Shown here: positions 25,937-34,412 of the stretch, piece after piece
Layout: each line of letters begins with the position of its first letter
How positions within the stretch are numbered: the first letter of the stretch is position 1
Origin: a virus
Lineage: Duplodnaviria > Caudoviricetes
IMG/VR virus record: IMGVR_UViG_3300044698_000123
Span: 1-50,214 of that record
DNA: 50,214 nucleotides
Strand: one strand, 5' to 3'
Notes under the pieces: model-generated
Databases searched by the model: none
The model's input: only the letters and a program-made list of their open reading frames with translations
Told to the model about the DNA's origin: nothing
Program-made: the position numbers and the translations under genes

Positions 25937-26644
25937 TCATGACCACACCCCGGAATCGTCCCGGGCCTCACGTTGGTCAGGCGTCCATGTGTCAGGCCGT
26001 CCGTCTGCGTGCTCGTAGGCCCAAGCGCGGAGGTACGCCGCCATGTTCCGGAACCAGGCCCTGCGGGAGCTGAGGTCCAGCCCCATGCTTTCGTACTTCG
26101 TTGGGGGCTCCCCCGCGTACTTTGAAGCCGGGTCCCGGACGGCGGCGAGACTCATGTACTCCCGGACCTCCCCGCTGGCGATCACGCGTGGCAGGTAGAG
26201 CCACCAGGGCTCCAGGGCGACGGCGAGTTTATCGGCCGCGCAGAGCCTGGATGGTTGGGCTTGGTTCGCTTTCGCATAGAAGCGGGAGTGCAATAGGGCG
26301 AGCTGGCCCCACGGCCCGAGCAGGAAGTCGTAGTCGCCATTCCAGTCCGGGAAGAAACACCGCCAGGCTCGGGGTCGGTCACCAGCCACGCTCTGGGGAT
26401 GATGAGTCGGGTCCCGATCAAAGAGGTTGGTCATCGCCCGGGCACCCCACTCCGGGTGCCGCTCTCCCTCCGGCCCGTCCATGTTCGGCCTTCCCCAGTA
26501 GCCCATGTCGTGGACGAAGAACGCCAGCCAAAGCCGCGGATCCCACGGGAAGCCGTAGAGCTTCCACCAGGCCACAAAGACGAAGAAGGGGTGCAACCAG
26601 AACGCGTGAGCGCCATACAGGACAGACTTGGTGCCGACGTTCAT
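25937..26644 (-). CDS. HD-domain-like hypothetical protein
   Basis: FFVHDMGYWG, HPEWGA, HSRF, ADK; ATGA-coupled start at 26644. Confidence 0.65.
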   Translation of the reverse strand: MNVGTKSVLYGAHAFWLHPFFVFVAWWKLYGFPWDPRLWLAFFVHDMGYWGRPNMDGPEGERHPEWGARAMTNLFDRDPTHHPQSVAGDRPRAWRCFFPDWNGDYDFLLGPWGQLALLHSRFYAKANQAQPSRLCAADKLAVALEPWWLYLPRVIASGEVREYMSLAAVRDPASKYAGEPPTKYESMGLDLSSRRAWFRNMAAYLRAWAYEHADGRPDTWTPDQREARDDSGVWS

Positions 26645-26967
26645 CCCTCCCCTCCCGTGGGCTCGGGGGCGCCGTGGGGCACCGTGAAGTGCGCCTCGAC
26701 CCGCTCGAGGATGTCGAACAGTGACTCTCCGTTCTCGAACGCCTCGTCCGCCTCTGTGGGGACGCCGCACCACGCGCCGATGTCGCCGTCCTCGGTGTAC
26801 CCGATGTAGATGCCACCGGCGAGCGCATCCGCCACGCGGTCGTCGTCTTCCTCCGACTCGCGCTTCCCCATCGCTGCGGCTGCGGCCATCGTGGCGACAA
26901 AGGCGCCGCCGACCCACCCTGCGGAGACCAGGCCGAGCACGATCAGGGCGTACACGGCGGGGCTCAT
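26641..26967 (-). CDS. Hypothetical protein with N-terminal TM segment
   Basis: MSPAVYALIVLGLV; coupled at both ends. Confidence 0.55.
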   Translation of the reverse strand: MSPAVYALIVLGLVSAGWVGGAFVATMAAAAAMGKRESEEDDDRVADALAGGIYIGYTEDGDIGAWCGVPTEADEAFENGESLFDILERVEAHFTVPHGAPEPTGGEG

Positions 26968-27365
26968 GCGACCGTCCCCCTGCGCGCCCGGGCGCCCGGC
27001 TTCTGGGGCTCCGGCTTTTTGGCCTTCTTCTTCGGCCTGCCCGCGACCGCCATCACGCCGAACACCTCCGCAATGAACTCGAAGGGCACGTCCGGGTGGA
27101 ACAGGTCGCTCATGCTGTTCACGAAGACGCGCCGCGGCTTCCGCCACCGAAGCGGTTTGTCCAACGCCTCGTGGACCAGCGTCACCTTCCCGGTCCACTG
27201 CGGGCCCTTGCCCTTCACGACGTGCGTCAGCCCCTCGTAGGGCTGGCCCGGGCCAGAGAAGCGGTGGCCCTGCTTCATGGCGTAGCAGTGCTCGCATCCT
27301 TTGCTGACCTTGGAGCAGCCGCGGACGGGGTTCCACGTTTCGTCCGTCCATTGGATGGTGCTCAT
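26964..27365 (-). pseudogene. Gp37/Gp68 (DUF5131) family protein, N-terminal half only
   Basis: IQWTDETWNPVRGCSKVSKGCEHCYA and FVNSMSDLFH, then a Lys/Arg-rich tail; the usual LLTKR/WLGVS/EPLL motifs are absent. Confidence 0.7.
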
Positions 27366-27592
27366 GACGCCCCCGCCGGGGTGCGCCGGCGCCGCTTCTT
27401 GGATGGGACGCGCGACGGCCGCAGGTACACCCGCCAGTAGAGCTCGCGAGAGACCGAGTCACCGATGCGCGACAGGACCTCGCGGTCCTCTGGCGTCATG
27501 AGGTCGGCCTCGGGATGGTCCTCCAGTTTCGACGAAAGGAGGACCACCCCGGGCTCCACCAGCTGCAGGGCGGGGCGGGGGAGGTCAGGCAT
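27362..27592 (-). CDS. Hypothetical protein
   Basis: Coupled 76 aa ORF. Confidence 0.5.
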   Translation of the reverse strand: MPDLPRPALQLVEPGVVLLSSKLEDHPEADLMTPEDREVLSRIGDSVSRELYWRVYLRPSRVPSKKRRRRTPAGAS

Positions 27593-28094
27593 CGGAGGCC
27601 TCCAAGTGCGCCACCGTGGTGGTCGGGCAGCCTTCCAGCTCTGCCCGTCGTCTCTCCGCCGACGCCTCTTCCTTCGCTGCGTAGTAGGCGTCCTCCACCT
27701 CCCCGATCCGCACCGTCACGGGGAAATCCTCACCCAGATCAGGCAGACGAGCAAAGCACGAATGCGGGACCATGAGCGACACGGCTGACTCCTCGTCCTC
27801 ATCCGTGCGGCCCGACAGGTACACGGCGCCGTGCGCGATGCCGTAGACGCGGGCCGTGAAGGCGAGGGAGGCGGGGCACTGGACGATTCGCTGGATAGCC
27901 CCTGTCGTGTTCGGGGCCGCTTCGGGGCTCAATCGGGCAGTGAGGCCACCACCGGAACGGTGCATTTCCGCCCGTGTCTGCTGGCTTTTCCGGGTACTAT
28001 TGGAATGTGTGGGGCTGAACAACACATTTACCTCCAAACGCTGAGAACGTGGCGTAATTGCTGGATTCACGAATCGGCCTACTGGATAATTCAC
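27585..28094 (-). CDS. Hypothetical protein whose 5' part crosses the attP candidate
   Basis: GTGA overlap with the int stop; true start uncertain. Confidence 0.45.
   Translation of the reverse strand: MNYPVGRFVNPAITPRSQRLEVNVLFSPTHSNSTRKSQQTRAEMHRSGGGLTARLSPEAAPNTTGAIQRIVQCPASLAFTARVYGIAHGAVYLSGRTDEDEESAVSLMVPHSCFARLPDLGEDFPVTVRIGEVEDAYYAAKEEASAERRRAELEGCPTTTVAHLEASDA
27878..28090. other. Candidate attP
   Basis: AT-richer patch just downstream of int; AATGTGT-N11-ACACATT at 28004-28028; CTGGA(T/C) direct-repeat pairs on both flanks (near 27879/27891 and 28061/28082). Confidence 0.55.
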
Positions 28095-29302
28095 CGTACA
28101 CCCCCCGCGATTTCGTCCACCAAGTCCACCACCGCGTCCAGGTCCTGGGGTAGGAGGTGGGCGTAGACCTTGGCGATCATCTCAGGGGTGTCGCCGGCGA
28201 GCTTCGCCACCTTCTGGATCTGGACGTCGCGCTGGACGAGCCACGAGCAGAACGTGTGGCGCAGGGAGTGGAAGGTGAGCGAGTCGCCGTCTCGACCGTA
28301 GGCAATGCCCGCAGCCTCGAACGCGCCCCGGGTCCAGAGGGCCAGCGTGCTGGACGACATGGGCCGGTCCCGGTCGGGGGTGCGGACGAAGTACCGCTCT
28401 CCGGCGTACCCTGCCTCCACGTGGGCCTCAAGAATCCGCGCCAGCTCCGACCCGATCCGAAGGGCGCGCTCTCCCCGCTTCCGGTTCTTCGGATGCCAGG
28501 CGTGCTCCCCGTCCCTGCTCTGGATGTGGAGCACGCGGCGAGCGAGGTCCACGTCCACGTCGGCGCGGAGGTGGCGCACCTCGGACAGCCGGAGCCCCGC
28601 CAGGCACCCCAGGGCGAGCGGCGCGGCCACAGCCAATCCCTCCACGGTGCGGAGCAGGGAGCGCCACTCCTCGGGCCGCAGGTACGCGAAGCGCGTCTGG
28701 TGGACGTCGGGCGTGTCCACGCCGCGCCACGGGTTGTCCTCCATGCGGGGTTTCGTGCCCGACTGCTTGGCGAGGTCCTGCTCGTATTCGATGGCATGCC
28801 TCCACGCTCGGCCCGCCATGGCCACAACCTGGGCCTGCTTTCTGGGGCTCCACGGCGTCGGGTGGGTCGCGCCGCGTCGGGGCCTGGGGCGATGCAGGAA
28901 GGTCCGCGCCTGCTCCCGGGTGAGTGTCGCCGGATCGAAGTCGTCCCCGAACTCACGCAGGAGCTGGCGACGGAGCACGCGGTACTGCTTCGCGGTGCCC
29001 TCGGCCTTGGTCGCTTCCACGATCTGGAGCACACGGTCCAGGAGCGCCCGAAGCGTGACGGCCTCCACCGACCGGCGCAGCGACTCCACGTCGCTTTCCC
29101 GGGCGGCGCGCTCGACGTCCGAGAAGTGAATATCCCCCTTCCGCAGCCGCTCGATGGCCCCGAACTCTCCCTGGTCCATGAGCATCCGGACGAGGGCCTC
29201 CCGCTTCCGGCGCACCGGCTTGGACGTGGTGCGAGCCGACAGCGAGAGCCTACCGCCCTTCAGGCGTTTGTCGCGGACCTCGATGCGCAGGGAGGGCGTC
29301 AC
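28091..29302 (-). CDS. int: Tyrosine integrase
   Basis: AGLRLSE, PKNRK, FHSLRHTF, VYAH; GTGA-coupled start at 29302. Confidence 0.93.
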   Translation of the reverse strand: MTPSLRIEVRDKRLKGGRLSLSARTTSKPVRRKREALVRMLMDQGEFGAIERLRKGDIHFSDVERAARESDVESLRRSVEAVTLRALLDRVLQIVEATKAEGTAKQYRVLRRQLLREFGDDFDPATLTREQARTFLHRPRPRRGATHPTPWSPRKQAQVVAMAGRAWRHAIEYEQDLAKQSGTKPRMEDNPWRGVDTPDVHQTRFAYLRPEEWRSLLRTVEGLAVAAPLALGCLAGLRLSEVRHLRADVDVDLARRVLHIQSRDGEHAWHPKNRKRGERALRIGSELARILEAHVEAGYAGERYFVRTPDRDRPMSSSTLALWTRGAFEAAGIAYGRDGDSLTFHSLRHTFCSWLVQRDVQIQKVAKLAGDTPEMIAKVYAHLLPQDLDAVVDLVDEIAGGVR

Positions 29303-29514
29303 GCGACTTGCCTGGCTTTGAGGAACGCCTCGAAGCTCTCCCGACTGACCCGGTACTCCGGCCGCGCCTCGGTCGTCTGGGCGATGTTCACGGCATCCAG
29401 GGCGCCGGAGCGGATGAGGCTCACGACGTGCTCCCGGGAACAGTCCAGCGCCTCGGCCACGACCGCGGGCCGGAGGCCGGAATAAAGGGCCTGCTCCTGT
29501 TCCTTGGTCCTCAC
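29299..29514 (-). CDS. xis: Excisionase-like HTH protein
   Basis: VVAEALDCSREHVVSLIRSGALDA...YRVSRESFEAFL; directly upstream of int. Confidence 0.75.
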   Translation of the reverse strand: MRTKEQEQALYSGLRPAVVAEALDCSREHVVSLIRSGALDAVNIAQTTEARPEYRVSRESFEAFLKARQVA

Positions 29515-29957
29515 GCCACCCCCCCTTTGCTCTTCCGTCCCTCTCTCCCATCCCCCATGAACGGCCCGACCAGGTCGGCGACCAAGAGGTGCACGACGTC
29601 GGCAGACACGGCTCCCTTGAACTCGACGAGCCACGTATCGGCGCCCTCGTGGAGGGCCGTGAGCCGCCCCCTGGGGGTCTCCAGGACGATGCGGTCGCGG
29701 TCCTCATCGTCGGCGATGGGGTCCGTGGGGTCCACTTGGTGCCCACTTGGTGCCCGTTCCGAGGTCGGCGCGGGGTCCTCATTCGCCGGGACCTCGGGCG
29801 CGGAAGGGGTCGTTGCGGAATTGCGCAATTCCGCAGAACCGTTCTGCGGCGCGATGGCATCGGCGACGGCGCCGAAGGCGTCATTCAGGGCCCCGCGGAA
29901 GAGCACTCCCGCAGCCATGCCGACGAGGAAACCGATGGCGAGGTCGATGGGGCTCAT
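29511..29957 (-). CDS. Hypothetical protein with N-terminal TM segment
   Basis: MSPIDLAIGFLVGMAAGV; GGAG RBS. Confidence 0.55.
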   Translation of the reverse strand: MSPIDLAIGFLVGMAAGVLFRGALNDAFGAVADAIAPQNGSAELRNSATTPSAPEVPANEDPAPTSERAPSGHQVDPTDPIADDEDRDRIVLETPRGRLTALHEGADTWLVEFKGAVSADVVHLLVADLVGPFMGDGREGRKSKGGVA

Positions 29958-30094
29958 GGGGTCTCCCTGGTGGTTCGGGCGTCGCCCAACAGGACGAGCC
30001 AGCCGATGATGCCCAGGCAGGCGACGCCCGCCCGGTCGTTGAACAAGGCCGCGATACCTGCTGTCAGGACGATCCATGCCAGGGCGTGTCTCAC
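29954..30094 (-). CDS. 46 aa membrane peptide (not in the ORF track)
   Basis: MRHALAWIVLTAGIAALFNDRAGVACLGIIGWLVLLG...; GTGA and ATGA overlaps at its two ends. Confidence 0.6.
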   Translation of the reverse strand: MRHALAWIVLTAGIAALFNDRAGVACLGIIGWLVLLGDARTTRETP

Positions 30095-30705
30095 GATTCC
30101 ACCAGCGCGGCCATGATGCCCACGGCGTACTGCTCACAACCCGGCGTGCGGACGCAGCCAGAGTACCAGTTGAGGGCATCACGCAGCGCACGGTCCAGCG
30201 CGATTCCGATCTTCTCGCGGAAGATGTCCGTGCCGTAGCACACGTTGACGTCCACGTCCGTCAGGTCAGCACCGCCGCAAGCATCGCGGTGCGGTCCCCC
30301 GAGTGCATGGAACGGCATCACCTGCGTAATACCGACAGCTCCGGCGAAGCTCGTTGTGTCTCGTTTAAGCCACGGATTCTCCTTCTTGACCACCTCGGCG
30401 ATGAGCCTGGGGCTGAGGTGGCGCCGTTCCGTCTCCCGCACGAGAGCCCACGCGACCCGACGCGCCATCACGGCCTCGCGCACCCGCCCGGTCGCCAGCA
30501 GTGCGGACTCGATCGGGTAGACGTCGCGGAAGTACCGTGTAGTTACCTCGTCCATGCTCTGGGAGAGGATGGCGGCCTGACGCTCCATCCGGTCGAGGCG
30601 GGAGAGCAGCTCGGCGTCGGATGGCTCGGCGGCCGTGGTCGCGGGACGCTGGTGCCCGGCGATGATCACGACGGCCAGCATGGCCAGGAGGACGCGGGTC
30701 TTCAT
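30091..30705 (-). CDS. Secreted lytic transglycosylase (SLT domain)
   Basis: Signal peptide; KKENP (catalytic Glu), GAVGITQVMP, NVCYGT, ALNWYSG. Confidence 0.85.
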   Translation of the reverse strand: MKTRVLLAMLAVVIIAGHQRPATTAAEPSDAELLSRLDRMERQAAILSQSMDEVTTRYFRDVYPIESALLATGRVREAVMARRVAWALVRETERRHLSPRLIAEVVKKENPWLKRDTTSFAGAVGITQVMPFHALGGPHRDACGGADLTDVDVNVCYGTDIFREKIGIALDRALRDALNWYSGCVRTPGCEQYAVGIMAALVES

Positions 30706-30787
30706 CGGGCGCTCCCGGACAGCTGGGGGCGGTCGCTCGCCGCCCCCAGCATGATGTCCGGAGTCGCTTCGTACTTCGTCGATTCGA

Positions 30788-31198
30788 TCAGGTCCTGGTC
30801 GTCGGCGTAGCAGCCGAGACGCGCAACGCGATCGGTCCTGCGGTCCCGCGTGCGTGCGGCATCTTCAGGACGTTGTAACCCCCGGACGGATGCGGACTCG
30901 GTCGCGTGGCGTAGACGTCGGAAGCGGCGTGTGCATTCATATTCAGCGCGCCGACGTCGGTCACCTTGCTCTCGAAGGCCAGCGTCGTACTGGGCATTGC
31001 AGGCGCCTCGATGGCCCTGCTGATCGCGATATCGAAGTTGGTGGCCACGAAGACCACGATGCCCGACTGTACCACCGAGGTATGGGCGACGAGCGCCACC
31101 ACCTCCTGCTGGCCCGTGTCCAGCTGCGTGCCCCGGTCCACCGGCGTGAGAGCCAGCAGCAGGCACGCGACGAGTGCGAAGCCCCAGAAGCGCTTCAT
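30788..31198 (-). CDS. Putative secreted hypothetical protein
   Basis: AAAGGAGG RBS; MKRFWGFALVACLLLALTP signal peptide. Confidence 0.65.
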   Translation of the reverse strand: MKRFWGFALVACLLLALTPVDRGTQLDTGQQEVVALVAHTSVVQSGIVVFVATNFDIAISRAIEAPAMPSTTLAFESKVTDVGALNMNAHAASDVYATRPSPHPSGGYNVLKMPHARGTAGPIALRVSAATPTTRT

Positions 31199-31225
31199 CC
31201 CGTCCTCCTTTGGTGAGGGTGAGTG

Positions 31226-31345
31226 TCCCGGTTTCCCCGCCGGGCCGGGATGTGTGAGCCGGAGCGAGGTTGCCGGAAGATCCGGCGCGTCCACCCCTGA
31301 ACGTTCCCGCCTCTCGTGTAGAGAGACTCGATCCCTCGCTCCGGC
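31226..31345 (-). ncRNA. Candidate structured RNA (four-way junction plus hairpin)
   Basis: 12-bp stem GCCGGAGCGAGG/CCTCGCTCCGGC enclosing three hairpins; intergenic. Confidence 0.5.
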
Positions 31346-31363
31346 GATTCTGGCGGTGGGTGT

Positions 31364-31795
31364 TCATGCGCCCCCCATCTCCGTCTGGAGCCGCGCGACG
31401 ACTTCCGCCTCGTCGATGCCTCCCACCCTCCGGCCGGTCTCGACGATCGCGAACCCCCGGCTGATGAGGGACTCGCCGACCTCGCGCCGCTCCGTGGACG
31501 TCACGGCCAGGTAGTAGCCGTAGGGGTCCCGCATCGAGGACCCCACCGCGATACCGTGGACGTAGATCAGTTGGTGGATGATCCGCTGGAGGCGTCGGGT
31601 CGAATCCATTCGCACCACCGCGGCGAGGTCGTCCGCCTTGACGGCGTTGCTCGCCCCTGAATGGCGCCGCAGCTCCGCATGCACCACGAGCTGCTCGTCG
31701 GTCCACGGCGGCGGCTCGGCCTCACCGAAGCGGCGAGGCGCGGGCTCGGGCGCGGCGAACAGCGGCAGGGTGGAGAGCGGGGCGTGTAAGCTCAT
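31364..31795 (-). CDS. Winged-HTH-like protein
   Basis: AVKADDLAAVV...RRLQRIIHQL...GSSMRDPYGYYLA. Confidence 0.65.
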   Translation of the reverse strand: MSLHAPLSTLPLFAAPEPAPRRFGEAEPPPWTDEQLVVHAELRRHSGASNAVKADDLAAVVRMDSTRRLQRIIHQLIYVHGIAVGSSMRDPYGYYLAVTSTERREVGESLISRGFAIVETGRRVGGIDEAEVVARLQTEMGGA

Positions 31796-31953
31796 GCCGC
31801 CACCGATGCGCCCACCAGGGACGAGATTTCTTTTTCGCCCACAACGGTGCAGCGGTCAAGGCGTCTCGCGAGTGTGGAGCGATGAACCCCAAGGCGGCGT
31901 GCGGCGTCGGCGACAGTTATACGCTCGTCGCTCTCGCCGTCAGATCTGGGCAT
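31792..31953 (-). CDS. Small HTH fragment
   Basis: ITVADAARRLGVHRSTLARRL. Confidence 0.5.
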   Translation of the reverse strand: MPRSDGESDERITVADAARRLGVHRSTLARRLDRCTVVGEKEISSLVGASVAA

Positions 31954-32623
31954 CGGATACCCCCATCGTTCCAATGAGCCCACTGATATCTTTTTCTCCG
32001 ACTACTCGACATTTCTTGAGCCGGAATTTCCCGTCGGTCGCGGTCGGGATCGCGGCGATGTCGTTGGCCGTGAACTCCACGACCAGCACGCGCCATCCGG
32101 GTTGGTACTCGCGCAGGCACCAATCGAGCGTCGCGACGTTGATGCCCGCCCCGCATTGCGTCAGTACGTCCGTGTCCGCGCCCGCCACCTCGTACCGCTC
32201 GCCCACCGTGTAGGTGAGTTTGCCCGTGCTCTGGATCGGTGACCGCCCATCTGCGTCCACCATCTTGTAGGCGCGGATCGGGCCGGGCTGATCCAAGAGC
32301 ATGAGCAGCGGCGTGCAGCGCGAGGCGTCTATGCCCTTGGCTCCCTGGAGGTCCGCTCCCCGGAGGTCCGCTCCCTGGAGGTCCGCTCCCCGGAGGTCCG
32401 CTCCCTGGAGGTCCGCTCCCCGGAGGTACGCTCCCCGGAGGTCCGCTCCCCGGAGGTCCGCTCCCCGGAGGTACGCTCCCCGGAGGTACGCTCCCCGGAG
32501 GTCCGCTCCCCGGAGGTACGCTCCCACGTCGCGGGCCGCAACTACCGCTTCGCGCAGCGTGGTCGCCTCCACAGCGTGGTACAGCACGGCCCGCGTGTAG
32601 CGGTGTATGATATCGTAGCTCAT
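31940..32623 (-). CDS. Pentapeptide repeat protein
   Basis: 12 x GA[DY]L[RQ], followed by a C-terminal domain (IRAYK, CGAGIN, DGKFR). Confidence 0.92.
   Translation of the reverse strand: MSYDIIHRYTRAVLYHAVEATTLREAVVAARDVGAYLRGADLRGAYLRGAYLRGADLRGADLRGAYLRGADLQGADLRGADLQGADLRGADLQGAKGIDASRCTPLLMLLDQPGPIRAYKMVDADGRSPIQSTGKLTYTVGERYEVAGADTDVLTQCGAGINVATLDWCLREYQPGWRVLVVEFTANDIAAIPTATDGKFRLKKCRVVGEKDISGLIGTMGVSDAQI
32340..32525. repeat. 15-bp tandem repeat, about 12 copies
   Basis: GCTCCC[CT]GGAGGT[AC]C units, in frame in the pentapeptide gene. Confidence 0.95.
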
Positions 32624-32931
32624 GGCTCGCTCCTGTCGTGGATCACCGGCACTTGGGCCTCCCGGAGCGCCTCGAACATGATCCCCTCAGCGTCGATGAG
32701 GGCCCGGCTGAAAGCGGACACCGCTTTGGTCACGGCGCGGTGGTCGGGCTTGCCGTGGATCTCTGGAGCGCGTTTTGCCGCGTGGTACTGGTCGATGGCC
32801 AGCCGATAGCGGACGAACGCATTCTTCACGCGACCGAGGGCGTCCGTCACTACCTGGCGACGGAGCTTGTCGGCGTCCTGATCGGGGTAGGCGAAGTCGC
32901 CGCTTCCTTGGACGTGCGCGGAGAGGGTCAT
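32620..32931 (-). CDS. Hypothetical protein
   Basis: Coupled 103 aa ORF. Confidence 0.6.
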   Translation of the reverse strand: MTLSAHVQGSGDFAYPDQDADKLRRQVVTDALGRVKNAFVRYRLAIDQYHAAKRAPEIHGKPDHRAVTKAVSAFSRALIDAEGIMFEALREAQVPVIHDRSEP

Positions 32932-33575
32932 GCGACCGCCTCCATCATGCCGCCAAACGGGGCGCGGGGCTCGACGCCCATGGCCAGGATGCGCTCCCGG
33001 GCGGCGAGCAGGTCGGTAACGAACACGTCCACGGCGGCCGACAGGTCAGCGATGTACGCTTCGTCCCGGTGGATGCGGGTCAGGACGTGGGGCATGGCCG
33101 GATTGTACGCCAGCACGTCCCACCACTCGCGCTCGGAGATCCAGAGATTGCCCTGGACCTGGGTCATCGTCGCCGCGTCCTCGCCGAGCATGCACGAGAC
33201 ATGGTGCTTGGCCCCGTAGCACTTGATCTCCAGGCCGCCATCGTCGCCCACGAGCCCGTCAGGCGATCCTCCCACCATGCCGTCGTCGCGGAGAATGAAC
33301 CCGACCTGGCGGACCTCGCTGTCCGTCTGAAGTTCGTAGAACGCGCGGGCCTCGGTCTCCATCTCCGTGCCGCGCTCCGTCCACTCGGTCGTTCCCCAGT
33401 CGAGCGGCTGACCGAGGATCCATTCCGCGAGCAACTCGTCACGGTAACCCCGAGCCGACTTCGACGGCTTGCGGGTCGCGGGCGTCAGGATGGCGTCGAA
33501 CCGGGAGGCGGTCGGGATGCCGAGCCGCGCGGCGAGCCACTCCGGGGTTCCTTGTTCCATGTCGAGGATGATCAT
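32928..33575 (-). CDS. Lambda-exonuclease / YqaJ family nuclease
   Basis: QGTPEWLAARLGIPTASRF, SPDGLV, LEIKC, QVQGNLW; start at 33575. Confidence 0.93.
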   Translation of the reverse strand: MIILDMEQGTPEWLAARLGIPTASRFDAILTPATRKPSKSARGYRDELLAEWILGQPLDWGTTEWTERGTEMETEARAFYELQTDSEVRQVGFILRDDGMVGGSPDGLVGDDGGLEIKCYGAKHHVSCMLGEDAATMTQVQGNLWISEREWWDVLAYNPAMPHVLTRIHRDEAYIADLSAAVDVFVTDLLAARERILAMGVEPRAPFGGMMEAVA

Positions 33576-34321
33576 GCACGGCTCCTCTTGCGTTCGAGCG
33601 CGGTGACCGCGCGCGAGTAGTCGGAGGCAGGGATGTCGGACAGCGCCCCGACGCCCATGTACTTGAGGAACTTCGGGAGGTCGGCCTTCACCTCGTCGGC
33701 CAGCGCGTAGAGGTCGGCGATCTGGCCCTCCGTGATCTTCTCGGCGGACTTCGGGTCGGCCCCGTCCACGTCGTCGTCCGTGACCGTGAGGCCGAGCACC
33801 TGCACGAGCGACTGCCGGCTGGCGTAAGTCAGCGCGGCGGCCGTCGCCTGCGCCCCGCTCATCTCGGCTCGGGTGTCGGTCGGGCAGGCGAACGTGGCGC
33901 GGTCCTCGGCGCCTTCGACGTGACGCAGGATGCACGTGCAGGCGAGCGACTTGCCGTCGGTCGTCGAGTCCCACGTGTACGACAGGCCGTGCCGGTGCAG
34001 GAGCGGGCGGATCGCGCGGGCGATCTCATCCAGCGACGCGAACGTGTAGGAGTAGGAGCCGCCCGCCTTCGTGGCGATCCGGGCCGTTCGGCCCTTCTTG
34101 ATGCTCGGGCATTCGGCCTGGAATCCCGCCACCGCCTCGCTCATCGCCTGGCGGGCGTTCCTGTCGCTCACCCGCTCCTGTAGCGCCACGAGCCGCTCCA
34201 GCACGTCTACCGATACCTTCTGCTCGATGGCGAGGCGCACGAGGCCGCTCATCTCGGCCTCTTGGACCTGCGCGGGCGCCGTCTCGGGCCGCGTTGCGAT
34301 GCTTGTTCCGTGTTCGCTCAT
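33572..34321 (-). CDS. erf: ERF-family single-strand annealing protein
   Basis: YTFASLDEI, LRHVEG, AQATAAALTYASRQSL, DDDVDG. Confidence 0.9.
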   Translation of the reverse strand: MSEHGTSIATRPETAPAQVQEAEMSGLVRLAIEQKVSVDVLERLVALQERVSDRNARQAMSEAVAGFQAECPSIKKGRTARIATKAGGSYSYTFASLDEIARAIRPLLHRHGLSYTWDSTTDGKSLACTCILRHVEGAEDRATFACPTDTRAEMSGAQATAAALTYASRQSLVQVLGLTVTDDDVDGADPKSAEKITEGQIADLYALADEVKADLPKFLKYMGVGALSDIPASDYSRAVTALERKRSRA

Positions 34322-34352
34322 TTCGTATCTTCTCCTCGTTGGTTTCTGATCT

Positions 34353-34398
34353 GGCGCTCGCCGATGCGGATGGCTCCCGCGGCGAGCGCCTTTCGTTT
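34353..34398 (+). terminator. Hairpin with T-rich tail on the + strand
   Basis: GGCGCTCGCCG...CGGCGAGCGCC followed by TTTCGTTT. Confidence 0.45.
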
Positions 34399-34412
34399 GT
34401 CAGGCGGTCCCG

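Noticed and set aside
31258-31345. tRNA gene
   Set aside because: No T-loop GTTCRA, D-loop GG pattern, 7-nt anticodon loop or CCA end
31792-32020. Diversity-generating retroelement TR/VR pair
   Set aside because: Differences are not adenine-specific and no reverse transcriptase is evident in the genome
32340-32525. Possible CRISPR array
   Set aside because: No spacers; the units are in-frame pentapeptide codons and no cas genes are present
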